64,000 bases of DNA from Acidobacteriota bacterium (GCA_029263335.1 JAJCXS010000038.1:5823-69822); one strand, 5' to 3'. Counted from the stretch's first letter, positions 49,100 to 59,377 are shown. The notes: a model not told the origin generated them from the sequence alone. Program-made: numbers and translations.

Positions 49100-49148
49100 T
49101 TGCTTAAGAGAAGGCCGAGTTCCCAACCTGACCTGGAGGTCGTTGCTC

Positions 49149-50144
49149 ATGTTGTCGAAAACCATCGGAAGTCGTCTGGCCCTTGCCGCCGTTGTCTCGG
49201 TGGCGGTTGTGGCCCTGATGGCGGCGTCGGTCGGGACGGTGCAGGCCGTCGCCGCGCAGGATCAGCAGGAAGACGAGAAAGCGAGTCAGAGCGAACAGGA
49301 GCGAGAGCTGCGTAGCAAGCACCGCGAGCGGCGCGCGCGCGGAGAGCTGGAGCTTCACGTTGCCCGCGAGGCGTTACAGAGAGCGCGCGAGATGGGCGGA
49401 CAGGGAAGGCTCCGCATGGTGCAGGAGCTGCGCCAGCGCGATTGGGCGCCAGGCGTCGAATACCGCCGGTTGGGTTCCCGTTTTGGTGGCGGCATGGCCG
49501 ATCGCGTGCTCGCCCGGGCCGAGGAAATCGAGCTCACCGACCAGCAGGAAACGCAGATCCGCGACGCGCGACGCGCCCAGCGACGGGCCGAGATCGAGCG
49601 TGATGCGCAGATCGAAGTGCTCGACCTCGATTTGGAGGAACTGCTCGAGGACCGTCACACGGCGGACCTCAACGCCGTCGAGGCCGTCATGCAGCAGCGC
49701 GCCAGCCTGCGTGTGCAGGGGCAGGTCGCAGACATGCGTGCCTCGCAGGGCGTCTGGAACGTTCTCACCAGCGAGCAGCAGAAGGATTTCGAGGAAGGAC
49801 GCCACAGCTTCTTCGTGCGCCGAGGTGACCGACCGCACGCCATGTTCTTTGACGGCGAAGGAGGGGACATCGTCTTCGATGGCGGGGATTTCGAAGTCGG
49901 CGATTTCGAGTTCGGTGAGCTGTTCAACGATCTCCACCTCGAGGGTCTGGAAGGGCTCGATGGCCTCAAGGGGCTCTTGGAGCTGAAGTCGGAGGGCGGC
50001 GGCCCGTTCATGTTTCGCTACAAGATGAAGCCGGACGAGGATGCCGACGAGGATGCAGAAAAGAAGAAAAAGGAAAAGGGCAGCACCGAGGGCACGGCAG
50101 TCGGTGTTTCCTGGGCGGGACAATCGACGCGCACGATGAAGTGA
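49149..50144 (+). CDS. Spy/CpxP-like (LTXXQ motif) periplasmic protein with extensions
   Basis: Signal peptide; IELTDQQ and VLTSEQQ motifs flank a helical hairpin. RBS GGAGG. Confidence 0.7.
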   Translation: MLSKTIGSRLALAAVVSVAVVALMAASVGTVQAVAAQDQQEDEKASQSEQERELRSKHRERRARGELELHVAREALQRAREMGGQGRLRMVQELRQRDWAPGVEYRRLGSRFGGGMADRVLARAEEIELTDQQETQIRDARRAQRRAEIERDAQIEVLDLDLEELLEDRHTADLNAVEAVMQQRASLRVQGQVADMRASQGVWNVLTSEQQKDFEEGRHSFFVRRGDRPHAMFFDGEGGDIVFDGGDFEVGDFEFGELFNDLHLEGLEGLDGLKGLLELKSEGGGPFMFRYKMKPDEDADEDAEKKKKEKGSTEGTAVGVSWAGQSTRTMK

Positions 50145-50175
50145 GCGCAGCCGCATAGCGACGAAGCAGTCGCTG

Positions 50176-50216
50176 ACGGCCCGGGTCGCAATCCTCCGCA
50201 GACCCGGGCCGTTTTC
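50176..50216 (+). terminator. Intrinsic terminator
   Basis: ACGGCCCGGGTC...GACCCGGGCCGT followed by TTT. Confidence 0.8.
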
Positions 50217-50259
50217 TGTTGCGCCGACGGAGGCCGCGCCGCTGGTGTATACCCCGAGC

Positions 50260-51582
50260 ATGAGCAGTGCCGAGTTGCCGCTAGGTCGCCGTTTCGCGCG
50301 GCTGGCCGTCCCCAACATCATCTCCAACGTCACGGTCCCGCTCGTCGGTCTGGTGGACACGGCGATGCTGGGCCACTTGCCTGATATCTCGTTTCTGGCG
50401 GGTGTGGCACTGGGCGCGGTGATCTTCGACTACGCCTACTGGTCATTTGGCTTCTTGCGCATGGGTACGACCGGGGTGACGGCCCAGGCGGTGGGTCGGG
50501 ATGACCACGCCGAGGTATGGCAGATCCTGTACCGGTCGCTGCTGGTCGCGCTGGCGATCGCCGCGCTCCTGCTGATCAGCCAACGGCTGATCGCCTACCT
50601 GGGATTCTCGGTGCTGGCAGGGCAGGGCAGCGTGGAGGCTGCTGGTCGCGACTATTTCTTCGGCCGCATCTGGGGTGCTCCCGCTACCCTCTCCAACTAC
50701 GTACTACTCGGATGGCTGCTGGGCCGGGAACGCGCGCGTGAGGCGCTCATCATCACGGTGGTTGGCAATCTCGCGAATGTCGGACTGGACTATCTGTTCA
50801 TCATGCGACTCGGCATGGCCGCGGCTGGTGCCGGCGTGGCCACGGCGCTTAGTCAGTACTTGATGCTGGCGACAGCCGTGGCCCTCATCCTGCGCGAAGG
50901 AGGGCCGGCGCCCTTCAGGTCGCAGGCGGTCTTCGATCGGGCCCGGCTCGGCGAGTTGTTCCGTCTCAACCGCGACATCCTGGTGCGGACCGTCATGTTG
51001 ATGACGACGTTCGCCGTATTCACGAACTTCAGCGCGATCATCGGGACCGGGATCCTTGCCGCGAACACGATTCTTTTCCGCTTCCAGATGCTGGGCTCAT
51101 ACCTGATCGATGGAGCGGCCTTTGCCACCGAGAGCCTGGCCGGCATCTACAAGGGGCGGGGCGACGTTGCCGGCCTGCGGCGACTGCTGCGGCTGGCCAT
51201 GTTTACCGGTGTGGCGTTCGCATTGCCCGTGCTGGCTCTCATGTTCGGCGTGCCCGACTGGCTGTACGGCACGATGACCTCGCATGCTGACGTCGCGGCG
51301 CTGGCGTGGCGTTACAGTTGGTGGATGATCCCGGTCGTCCTGCTGGGCGCCGTCGCCTTTATCTACGACGGCTTCTTCATCGGCCTCACGGAGGGCAGAG
51401 TGCTGCGCAACCAGATGCTGATCAGCGCCTTGCTGTTCTATTTGCCGCTGGCGACGCTGGGTCTGTGGCAGGGCAACAACGACGTTCTCTGGCTGGCCAT
51501 GGCGATATTCATGGCGGGCCGCTGTCTGACGATGTGGCTCGCCGAGCGGCGTGTTCTGGTGGAATTGGAGCAGGCGAGATGA
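50260..51582 (+). CDS. dinF: MATE family efflux transporter (DinF-like)
   Basis: LAVPNIISNVTVPLVGLVDTAMLGHL, FLRMGTTG and DILVRT; about 12 TM helices. Confidence 0.9.
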   Translation: MSSAELPLGRRFARLAVPNIISNVTVPLVGLVDTAMLGHLPDISFLAGVALGAVIFDYAYWSFGFLRMGTTGVTAQAVGRDDHAEVWQILYRSLLVALAIAALLLISQRLIAYLGFSVLAGQGSVEAAGRDYFFGRIWGAPATLSNYVLLGWLLGRERAREALIITVVGNLANVGLDYLFIMRLGMAAAGAGVATALSQYLMLATAVALILREGGPAPFRSQAVFDRARLGELFRLNRDILVRTVMLMTTFAVFTNFSAIIGTGILAANTILFRFQMLGSYLIDGAAFATESLAGIYKGRGDVAGLRRLLRLAMFTGVAFALPVLALMFGVPDWLYGTMTSHADVAALAWRYSWWMIPVVLLGAVAFIYDGFFIGLTEGRVLRNQMLISALLFYLPLATLGLWQGNNDVLWLAMAIFMAGRCLTMWLAERRVLVELEQAR

Positions 51583-52088
51583 GCAACCGGCGGCTGCATG
51601 TGGTTCTGGTGGAGCCGGAGATCCATGGCAACACGGGTAATGCGGGCCGCACCTGTCTGGCGACGGGTGCGCAGCTACATCTGGTGGAGCCCCTGGGCTT
51701 CGAGTTGACCGATTCGCGGGTGAAGCGCGCCGGACTCGATTATTGGCCGCGTGTCGATCCGCGGGTGTGGCCGAGCTGGGGGGAGTTCGCACCGCGAATT
51801 CATGAGTTCGGTGAACCGTGGTTCTTCACGGCCGAGGCCGAGCGCGAGTATTGGGATGTGGAGTATCCGGACGATACAGTCCTGGTCTTTGGCAAGGAGT
51901 CGGTGGGCCTGGATTCCCGCATTCGCGACGCTCACCGCGACCGACGGGTGCGGTTTCCCATTCACGATCCGTCGGTCCGTTCGCTGAATCTCGCCAACTG
52001 TGTAGCCCTGGCCTGCTACGAAGTTCTGCGGCAGCGAACCCTGCCAGCTACTGGATTTGCGACAAGGCCTGTTCGAGGTCGGCGATGA
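51579..52088 (+). CDS. trmL: tRNA (cytidine/uridine-34-2'-O)-methyltransferase
   Basis: EPEIHGNTGN, LVEPLGF, KRAGLDYW, FGKESVGL and RSLNLAN. ATGA overlap with the MATE stop. Confidence 0.92.
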   Translation: MSNRRLHVVLVEPEIHGNTGNAGRTCLATGAQLHLVEPLGFELTDSRVKRAGLDYWPRVDPRVWPSWGEFAPRIHEFGEPWFFTAEAEREYWDVEYPDDTVLVFGKESVGLDSRIRDAHRDRRVRFPIHDPSVRSLNLANCVALACYEVLRQRTLPATGFATRPVRGRR

Positions 52089-53211
52089 GATCTTCCGCCG
52101 CTTCCACGCCGACGGACATGCGAATCAGGCCGTCGGTCACGCCTGCCGCCGCGCGCTCTTCGGCGCTCATGCCGACATGTGAGGTTTCGGCGGGGATGGT
52201 CATCAGCGTCTCGAGCCCGCCCAGGCTGGGCGCTACGAGAGGAATGCGAACGAGGTCCTGCACCCGGTGAGCGGCTTCTCGGCCACCCTCCACCTCGAAG
52301 CTCAACATGCCGCTGAAGCCATCGAGCAGGCGGCTCGCGGTGGCGTGATACACGCTCGAATCGAGACCCGGGTAGTGGACCGCGACGACCCGTGGGTGCT
52401 GTTCGAGAGCCTCCGCGATGCGGATGGCGTTGCTGTTGTGCCGCTCCATGCGCAGCGGCAACGTCTTGATGCCGCGGTGCAGCAAGAAACACGCGTGCGC
52501 GTCGAGCGAGCCGCCGAGGTGGTTGACGCGATGGCGGACGGCCTCGATCCGGTCGACGCTACCGATGACCGCGCCGGCGATCAGATCGGTGTGGCCATTC
52601 AGGTACTTCGTGGCCGAGTGTAGCGACAGGTCGAAACCGTGCTCGATAGGTCGGAAGTTCACCGGCGAGGCGAAGGTGTTGTCAATCATCGAAACGAGAC
52701 CGTGTTCGCTCGCGAACGCCGCGAGCGCGTCGAGTTCGCCGACCTTGACGAGCGGGTTGGTGAGAGTCTCGGCGTAAAGCACCTTGGTGTTCGGGCGCAG
52801 CAGTGCTTTCCAGTGGTCGGGCTGCGCGGCGTCGAAAACAGACACCTCGACGCCGAGGGCGGGCAGGTCGCGGTGCACCACCATGTGGGTGCCGCCGTAC
52901 AGCGAATCCTGTACCAACACATGGTCGCCCTGTTGGAGGAAGGTCAGGAGACTGCTGGAGATCGCCGCCATGCCGCTCGCGGTCACCAACGCGTCCGCCG
53001 CGTTTTCGAGGGCGGCCAACTTGCCGTGGATAACGTCGTGAGTCGGTGTGTTGCTGAGTCGCGCGTAGTGAACGTCGTCGTAGGCGGAATCCCCTTCGAA
53101 CAGGAACGTCGACGACTGATAGATCGGTGCAACGGCCGCTCCCGCAGGGCGCGGGTCGGGTTCGCCGGCGTGGATCGCCTTGGTCTGCATGCTGGCACTG
53201 TGGTCGGCCAC
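52048..53211 (-). CDS. PLP-dependent Cys/Met metabolism enzyme (cystathionine gamma-synthase/lyase or methionine gamma-lyase family)
   Basis: PIYQSSTF, YARLSNTP, ASGMAAI, DNTFASP, HSATKYLNGH (PLP Lys) and SLGGLETL. Confidence 0.9.
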   Translation of the reverse strand: MADHSASMQTKAIHAGEPDPRPAGAAVAPIYQSSTFLFEGDSAYDDVHYARLSNTPTHDVIHGKLAALENAADALVTASGMAAISSSLLTFLQQGDHVLVQDSLYGGTHMVVHRDLPALGVEVSVFDAAQPDHWKALLRPNTKVLYAETLTNPLVKVGELDALAAFASEHGLVSMIDNTFASPVNFRPIEHGFDLSLHSATKYLNGHTDLIAGAVIGSVDRIEAVRHRVNHLGGSLDAHACFLLHRGIKTLPLRMERHNSNAIRIAEALEQHPRVVAVHYPGLDSSVYHATASRLLDGFSGMLSFEVEGGREAAHRVQDLVRIPLVAPSLGGLETLMTIPAETSHVGMSAEERAAAGVTDGLIRMSVGVEAAEDLIADLEQALSQIQ

Positions 53212-53221
53212 GATCTTCTCC

Positions 53222-53689
53222 TCAGCCCTGCAGGGCGGTCAGGCGCTTGTGGACGTGGGCGGCGTGGCCCTTGGCGTTGGCGCGCTTCCAGCGATGGGCA
53301 ACCACGCCATCCGGTCCGATGATCACCGTCGATCGGGTTACGCCGATCATCTTTCGTCCGTAAAGGGTCTTTTCGCCCCAGGCACCGTAGGCTTCCATCA
53401 CCGAGTGGTCTTGGTCAGCCAGGAGGCCGACCTCCAAGGCGTACTTGGCGATGAACTGGCGATGCGACTCTGGGGAGTCGGGGCTGCAGCCGTATACGAC
53501 GGCGCCCATGCCTACGAAGTCTTTGATCGAGTCGGTGAACTCGCACGCTTCGATGGTGCAGCCCGGCGTGTCATCGGCCGGGTAGAAGTACAGGACGACC
53601 CATCTCCCCGCCAGATCGTCCAGGCTCACCGGGGTGCCGTCCTGGTCAGGGAGCGTGAAGGACGGTGCCATGCTGCCAATCTCGATCAA
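53222..53689 (-). CDS. bcp: Peroxiredoxin Q / bacterioferritin comigratory protein
   Basis: YFYPADDTPGCTIEAC (CxxxxC), GCSPD and YGAWGEK. Confidence 0.92.
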   Translation of the reverse strand: MIEIGSMAPSFTLPDQDGTPVSLDDLAGRWVVLYFYPADDTPGCTIEACEFTDSIKDFVGMGAVVYGCSPDSPESHRQFIAKYALEVGLLADQDHSVMEAYGAWGEKTLYGRKMIGVTRSTVIIGPDGVVAHRWKRANAKGHAAHVHKRLTALQG

Positions 53690-53743
53690 CCTGTTGCTCC
53701 TGTCTTTGACTACAATTCTGGTCGCCGGGCCGCCACGACCGAT

Positions 53744-53772
53744 TGAAACCCCGGGACCGTTCAGGGCGTCTC
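53744..53772 (+). promoter_or_regulatory. Candidate ECF promoter
   Basis: TGAAACC-N16-CGTCTC, about 41 nt upstream of the ATG at 53814. Confidence 0.65.
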
Positions 53773-53813
53773 ATTGAGTGGCCCGGAGACTCCAACTCGT
53801 CAGGAATCAACCC

Positions 53814-56264
53814 ATGTCGGATTTCGCCCAGGATTTGAAGTTCGCTGTCCGCTCGTTAACGCAGATGCCCGGATTTGCGCTGATCGCGATTCTAACTCTC
53901 GCGCTGGGTATCGGTGCGAACTCGGCGATCTTCTCGGTCGTCAATGGAGTCCTGCTCAAGCAGCTTCCGTACGCTGAGCCGGAATCGCTGGTTTACGTCA
54001 ATGGCGCGTTCCCCACGATGGGCTTCACGGATTTCTGGATGTCGCAGCCCGAGTACCAGGAGTATGGCGAGTGGGCCGACCAACTCGAAGATCTCGGCGG
54101 CTTCCGAGCGGATGAGGCGAGCATCGCGACGACGGCCCAGCCGCTGCGAGTTCGCAGCGTCTATGTGACGCGGAGTTTCTTTGCCGCGCTGGGCGTCGAG
54201 CCGGTCCTGGGCCGGATCTTCACCGACCAGGAGGACGCCCCCGGCGGCGAGCCCACCGCGTTGCTGTCGAGCGAACTCTGGCAGCGCGCCTTCGGTGGTG
54301 TCGAGAGCATCGTCGGCGAGAGCGTCGAGGTGGATGGGGCGCAGACGCGAATCGTCGGCATCATGCCGCCGGGCTTCGACATTCAGGATAACGGCACGGA
54401 AGTCTGGCAGCCGATGCAGCTGGACGTGGTCAATCCCAGGAATCGATCGAACCACTTCATGCTGGCCGTGGGCCGGCTTGCTCCGGGGGCAACGGTCGAT
54501 TCTGTACGTGCGCAGCTGGCGGGCCTGCATGCGCAGTGGCGCGATCGCGTGCCCGAGGGGCACGTTCCGAACGGAGAAACTCACTACCTGCAGGTTCGCG
54601 GGCTGCGAGAGGAGGCCATCGGCGATGTGCGTCCGGCGCTGCTGCTGCTGCTCGGCGCTGTTGGCTTTGTGCTGCTGATCGCCTGCGCCAACGTCGGCAA
54701 CCTGCTGCTGGCCAGAGCCGAGACCCGCCAGAAGGAGATTGCCATTCGCACCGCGCTGGGGGCGGGGCATGGGCGCTTGATGCGGCAATTCCTCACCGAG
54801 AGCGTGCTATTGAGCCTGCTCGGTGGTGCGGCCGGGCTGCTGCTGGGTACGTTTGGGCTGCGTGCCCTCCTGGCCACGAGCCCTGACTCGATACCCCGAG
54901 TCGCCGAGGTCGGCATGGACGCTCGTGTGATGGGCTTCACGCTGGCCGTTTCGATCGTTACGGGTTTGCTCTTTGGCATGGCGCCGATGCTGCACATGGG
55001 CCTCAAGAATCTGGCGAACTCACTGCGCGAGGGAGGCGATCGTTCGACTAGCGGCTCGGCCCGGCAGCGGCTGCGACGTGGATTGGTGGTGGCGGAGGTG
55101 GCGCTGGCCGTCGTCCTGGTCGTCTTAGCGGGCCTGATGATCCGCAGCTTCGCGGCGCTGCAGGACGTTGATAGCGGGTTTGACCCGACGGGGTTGTTGA
55201 CCTTCCGGTTGTACCTGTCGCCTGCCGACTATCCCGATGCCGCAGCGCAGATGGCGTTCTTCGACCAACTGACCGAGCGTGTGCGGACGGTCCCCGGGGT
55301 GACCTCGGCAACCGCCATGGAAGGGCTGCCGCCGCAGCGCCCGGTGAATGCCAACGACACCGAGTTCGAAGGCCTAGAACGGAACGAAGATGGCCCGCCC
55401 CACAGCGTCGACTACTACCAGTGGGTAACGGCCGGTTACTTCGAAACGATGGGGATCGAGACCGTCGAGGGCCGCTTCTTCGGCCCGCAAGACATGGGGC
55501 CTGAGGCGCAGGGGGTGACGATCGTCAATCGCAAGCTGGCCGACGTCTTCTACCCGGGCGAGAGCCCGATCGGTCGGCGCCTCCGGTCAGGTGGCTCCCA
55601 GTTTCCGTGGCTCACCATCGTCGGCGTTGTTGCCGATGTGAAACAGGGGGGGCTCGCCAGCGATACCGGCACCGAGCTGTACTTCTACACGCCGCAGGTT
55701 GCCGCTGTCGCCGGGTTTGCGCCGCGGGCGATGAACGTGGCCGTGCGCACCAGTGTGCCGCCCGCTAGCGTCGCCGGCCAGATGCGCGAGGCGGTGTGGT
55801 CGCTCGATCCAGGGCTGCCGCTCGGCGACCTGCAGACCATGAGCGCGGTCCTGCACTCCTCGGTGGCGCGGCCAAGATTCCTCACCATGCTTCTGGGCGT
55901 GTTCGGGGCCGCGGCGTTGCTGCTGGCGGCGGTCGGGACCTATGGCGTGATGTCGTACACGGTCGCTGAACGCGGCCGCGAGCTGGGTATTCGCATGGCC
56001 CTCGGGGCGGCGCGGTCCAGCGCGCTGCGCATGGTGCTTTCGCAGGGCATGAAGCTTGCGGGAGTCGGGCTGGGAGTAGGGCTCTTGGCGGCGATCGGCC
56101 TCTCACGCTTCATGGCTTCGATGCTTTTCGGCGTGGGAGTCATGGACCCGGTGACCTTCACGGCGGTGCCGCTCTTGCTGGCCGCCGTGGCCGTTCTGGC
56201 TTGTGTGATTCCAGCACGCCGGGCTACTCGCGTCGACCCGATGGTGGCGCTGCGAGACGGTTGA
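53814..56264 (+). CDS. Duplicated MacB/FtsX-type ABC permease (ADOP-like) no. 1
   Basis: QDLKFAVRSL, TLALGIGANSAIFS, LLIACANVGNLLLAR, ELGIRMALGA and IPARRATRVDPMVALR. Confidence 0.92.
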   Translation: MSDFAQDLKFAVRSLTQMPGFALIAILTLALGIGANSAIFSVVNGVLLKQLPYAEPESLVYVNGAFPTMGFTDFWMSQPEYQEYGEWADQLEDLGGFRADEASIATTAQPLRVRSVYVTRSFFAALGVEPVLGRIFTDQEDAPGGEPTALLSSELWQRAFGGVESIVGESVEVDGAQTRIVGIMPPGFDIQDNGTEVWQPMQLDVVNPRNRSNHFMLAVGRLAPGATVDSVRAQLAGLHAQWRDRVPEGHVPNGETHYLQVRGLREEAIGDVRPALLLLLGAVGFVLLIACANVGNLLLARAETRQKEIAIRTALGAGHGRLMRQFLTESVLLSLLGGAAGLLLGTFGLRALLATSPDSIPRVAEVGMDARVMGFTLAVSIVTGLLFGMAPMLHMGLKNLANSLREGGDRSTSGSARQRLRRGLVVAEVALAVVLVVLAGLMIRSFAALQDVDSGFDPTGLLTFRLYLSPADYPDAAAQMAFFDQLTERVRTVPGVTSATAMEGLPPQRPVNANDTEFEGLERNEDGPPHSVDYYQWVTAGYFETMGIETVEGRFFGPQDMGPEAQGVTIVNRKLADVFYPGESPIGRRLRSGGSQFPWLTIVGVVADVKQGGLASDTGTELYFYTPQVAAVAGFAPRAMNVAVRTSVPPASVAGQMREAVWSLDPGLPLGDLQTMSAVLHSSVARPRFLTMLLGVFGAAALLLAAVGTYGVMSYTVAERGRELGIRMALGAARSSALRMVLSQGMKLAGVGLGVGLLAAIGLSRFMASMLFGVGVMDPVTFTAVPLLLAAVAVLACVIPARRATRVDPMVALRDG

Positions 56265-56574
56265 TGGGGTGAGACGCGGCTCACAGTTGCCGAATCGTCA
56301 TGGCAACCGCGGGAGGGGGTCTGGCAAAGTGCTGGTAGGCGTACCCGGCGCCTGCCGCGCCCGCCGTCATCATCCCCGACTCTATGGAGAGTGCGCCATG
56401 CTCAGCAGCATCGATCGGATCGAGGCTCTGCCGTTCGTTGTCCTGGTCTCGCCGCTGGTGCTACGATCGCGGTTCTGCTCAAGGCAATGTTGATCGGTTA
56501 GGGACGCGGCGCGGAAGAGGTCGCAATGACTCGGGATTGGCCCTCCCGCGCCTGTCGTCATCGGCGCCCAGACG

Positions 56575-59376
56575 CTAGTCCTCGCGAAGCGCCGCCACCG
56601 GCTCAACACGGGTGGCGCCGGTCGCGGGAACCAGACAGGCGGCGGCAGCGACAGCCGCCAGGAGCACCGCCACTGATACATACGTAGTGGGATCGGTGGC
56701 GGTGACGTCGTAGAGCATGGTCGTGATCAGGCGCGTCAGGCCGATGGCGGCGGCAAGGCCGATACCGAGGCCGATCATGACGGCGAGCATGCCCTGGCGC
56801 AGGACCATCGTTCGTACCCGCTGTGGCGAGGCGCCCAGGGCCATCCGAACGCCGATCTCGGCCGTGCGCTGGCCAACCGAGAAGGCAACCACCCCGTAGA
56901 TCCCGAGCGCTGCCAGGATCACGGCCACTAGCGCGAACGATCCGAGTAACAACGAGTTGAAACGTGGGGTGGCCACTGCCGCCGCCACGCGGTCGCTCAT
57001 GGTAGCGATGTCTGAAACTGGCTGCTCGGGGTCGAGGTCTGCAACGACCGCGCGTATCGCAGTGGTCAAGGCCGTGGGCTCCATCTCGGTCCTGATCGCC
57101 AGATGCATGCCGAACGGCGGGCGCTGGGTCGCGGGCGCGTAGAACTGCTCTCGTCCATTCACGGAGAGGTTACGAGTTCGCGCGTGGCGGACGATGCCAA
57201 CAACCTCGCGCCAGTCGACGCTGCTGAACCCGTCGCCGTCCGGGTCGGAGGTCCAGTTCGCGGCAACCCGCTTGCCCACAGGATTCTCATCGCCCCAGAA
57301 GCGCCGCGCAAAGCTCTCGTCCACGATCGCGACCGGGAGCGTGTTCTCGCCGTCGGCCTCATTGAAGAACCTGCCGGCAACAAGTTCGACCCCCATTGTC
57401 TCGAAGTAGCCCGCACTGATGCTGCGCCGGTCCGCTTCGATGTACTTGTAGTCGCGCCACGTGTCGACGTCGTCGGCGTCGCTGTATTCAGCGAGAGTCT
57501 TCCCGGAGCCACCAGTGTTCGACAGTGGCAGCGCGCTGATAGCGCCCGCCCCGATCACTCCTGGTAGTCGGCTGACCCTGTCGAGCAGTTCGCGGTGGAA
57601 CAGCGTTGCGGTGTCCGTGTTGTACTTCGGCTGCGGCAAAGTCACTCGTGCGGTGAGTAGTGACTCGGTCCGATACCCGGGGTTGGTGTTCAGGAGGCCG
57701 TTGAAAGAACGAAGGAGGAGGCCAGCGCCGACCAGGAGTACGAGCGCCAGCGCGACCTCGGCCACTACCAGCGTGTTGCGCATGCGGGCGCCAGCGACGC
57801 CGGCGGAGACGGTGCGCCCGGCGTCTTTGAGAGTCTCGGCGAGGTTGGTGCGGGTGGCCACGATGCCGGGAAGGACTCCGAATAGCACCACCGTGAATAA
57901 GGCCGCAGCAGCGGCGAAACTCATGACGGTCGTGTCCAGGGCTATCGAATCAGCGCGCGGGAGTCCGGCCGGCACCACCGCTTGCAGCGCCTCGATGATC
58001 CAGTAGGCGAGCCCGACCCCAGCGATTGCGCCGGCGCCCGCCAGAACGGCGGACTCTGTTAGTAGCTGGCGAACCAAGCGGCTGCGGCCGGCGCCGACCG
58101 CCGTGCGCAGCGCGATCTCACGGGAGCGCTCCGCAGCGCGCGTTAGTTGGAGGTTGGCAACGTTCAGACAGGCGATCAGCAGCACGAACGCCACGGCACC
58201 CAGCAAGATGACCAATGCCCCCTCGACGTTTTCGACGAGGTCATCGTGGAGCGCATAGACGGTCAGGCCCCATCCTTCGAAGTCGTACCCGGCGGTTTCG
58301 ATCATCCGTACTGCGACCGAATCCATGTCTGCCTGTGCCTGCTGCAACGTGATGCCGTCTTGGCCACGGGCAAACCCGAGGAGGAAGTGACTGCCACCTG
58401 GCATCTCGGCGTACCGCGTCCGGAACGCTGGCTGGAAGGGAGCGTACACACCCAGTCCGTCCGGATTGGGCACGTTCGGATGGTGTACCCGGAAGTGCTC
58501 GGGCAACACACCGATAACCTCGAAGCTGTCACCGTCGAGCGTCACCCTGCTGCCCACGATGTCTTCCCGACCTCCCATCTGAGCTCGCCAGAAAGCATCG
58601 GAGACCACGACGACGAGCTGATCGCCCTCGTCCTCGGCAGCACCGAATAGCCGACCTCGCGCGGCCTCTGCCCCGAGAACGTCGAAGAACGTGCCCGAGA
58701 CGGCGGCACCGTCGATCCTGCTCGGCTCATTGCCGCCGCCGGTCATCGACCAGGTCGATGTCGTGAAGACGGCGAAGTCTTCGAAGGTGGTGTTCATCTC
58801 GGTGATTTCGACGAACTCGGGGCCCGAGAGCCAGTTCTGTGGCAGGTCGCGGCCGAAGTTGGTCCAGACCACGAACAACTCTTCGGGGTCTTCGTAGGGC
58901 AGAGGCCGGAGCAGAACCGAATTCACGACGGAGAAGACCGCCGCGTTGGCGCCGATCCCCAGACCTAGCGTAGCGATCGCGACCAAAGCGAAGACGGGGC
59001 CCTTGCGCAGTGTGCGTACGGCAAAGCGAATGTCGTGCAGTACCGAGTCGATCATGTTGGTCGCAACCAGGAGGGGATGGGTATGGGTGCGATGGACACG
59101 AGCAGAGGTGCGCGGGCGTGCACCTAGGGTCAGCAGTGCCTCGCGATCCCTGCGGGTCGCTCGGCGCTCTGCAATGGCGGTGCTGAGCAAACAGAAGATC
59201 TCGCGACCAACCATGCGGATCGGTTCAACCCGGTCGGCCTCGGCGGTGGCCTCCGCGTATAGGTCGTAGAAGGCCTCGTTGATATCGCGACCGTGGTCCA
59301 GCCAAAGCTCACGCGGTAGTATGCGGCGGCTGAGACTGCAGTACAGCCGAACGACCCAAGGCAGTCGCGAACTCAA
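56575..59376 (-). CDS. Duplicated MacB/FtsX-type ABC permease (ADOP-like) no. 2 with N-terminal extension
   Basis: Same signatures as no. 1. The TTG start with RBS GGAGG sits 1 nt after the PadR stop; about 100 aa of prefix precede HDIRFAVRTL. Confidence 0.9.
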   Translation of the reverse strand: MSSRLPWVVRLYCSLSRRILPRELWLDHGRDINEAFYDLYAEATAEADRVEPIRMVGREIFCLLSTAIAERRATRRDREALLTLGARPRTSARVHRTHTHPLLVATNMIDSVLHDIRFAVRTLRKGPVFALVAIATLGLGIGANAAVFSVVNSVLLRPLPYEDPEELFVVWTNFGRDLPQNWLSGPEFVEITEMNTTFEDFAVFTTSTWSMTGGGNEPSRIDGAAVSGTFFDVLGAEAARGRLFGAAEDEGDQLVVVVSDAFWRAQMGGREDIVGSRVTLDGDSFEVIGVLPEHFRVHHPNVPNPDGLGVYAPFQPAFRTRYAEMPGGSHFLLGFARGQDGITLQQAQADMDSVAVRMIETAGYDFEGWGLTVYALHDDLVENVEGALVILLGAVAFVLLIACLNVANLQLTRAAERSREIALRTAVGAGRSRLVRQLLTESAVLAGAGAIAGVGLAYWIIEALQAVVPAGLPRADSIALDTTVMSFAAAAALFTVVLFGVLPGIVATRTNLAETLKDAGRTVSAGVAGARMRNTLVVAEVALALVLLVGAGLLLRSFNGLLNTNPGYRTESLLTARVTLPQPKYNTDTATLFHRELLDRVSRLPGVIGAGAISALPLSNTGGSGKTLAEYSDADDVDTWRDYKYIEADRRSISAGYFETMGVELVAGRFFNEADGENTLPVAIVDESFARRFWGDENPVGKRVAANWTSDPDGDGFSSVDWREVVGIVRHARTRNLSVNGREQFYAPATQRPPFGMHLAIRTEMEPTALTTAIRAVVADLDPEQPVSDIATMSDRVAAAVATPRFNSLLLGSFALVAVILAALGIYGVVAFSVGQRTAEIGVRMALGASPQRVRTMVLRQGMLAVMIGLGIGLAAAIGLTRLITTMLYDVTATDPTTYVSVAVLLAAVAAAACLVPATGATRVEPVAALRED

Positions 59377-59377
59377 G

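Noticed and set aside
56502-56574. REP-like element suggested by TCGCAATGAC
   Set aside because: Single occurrence, without the rest of the palindromic unit.
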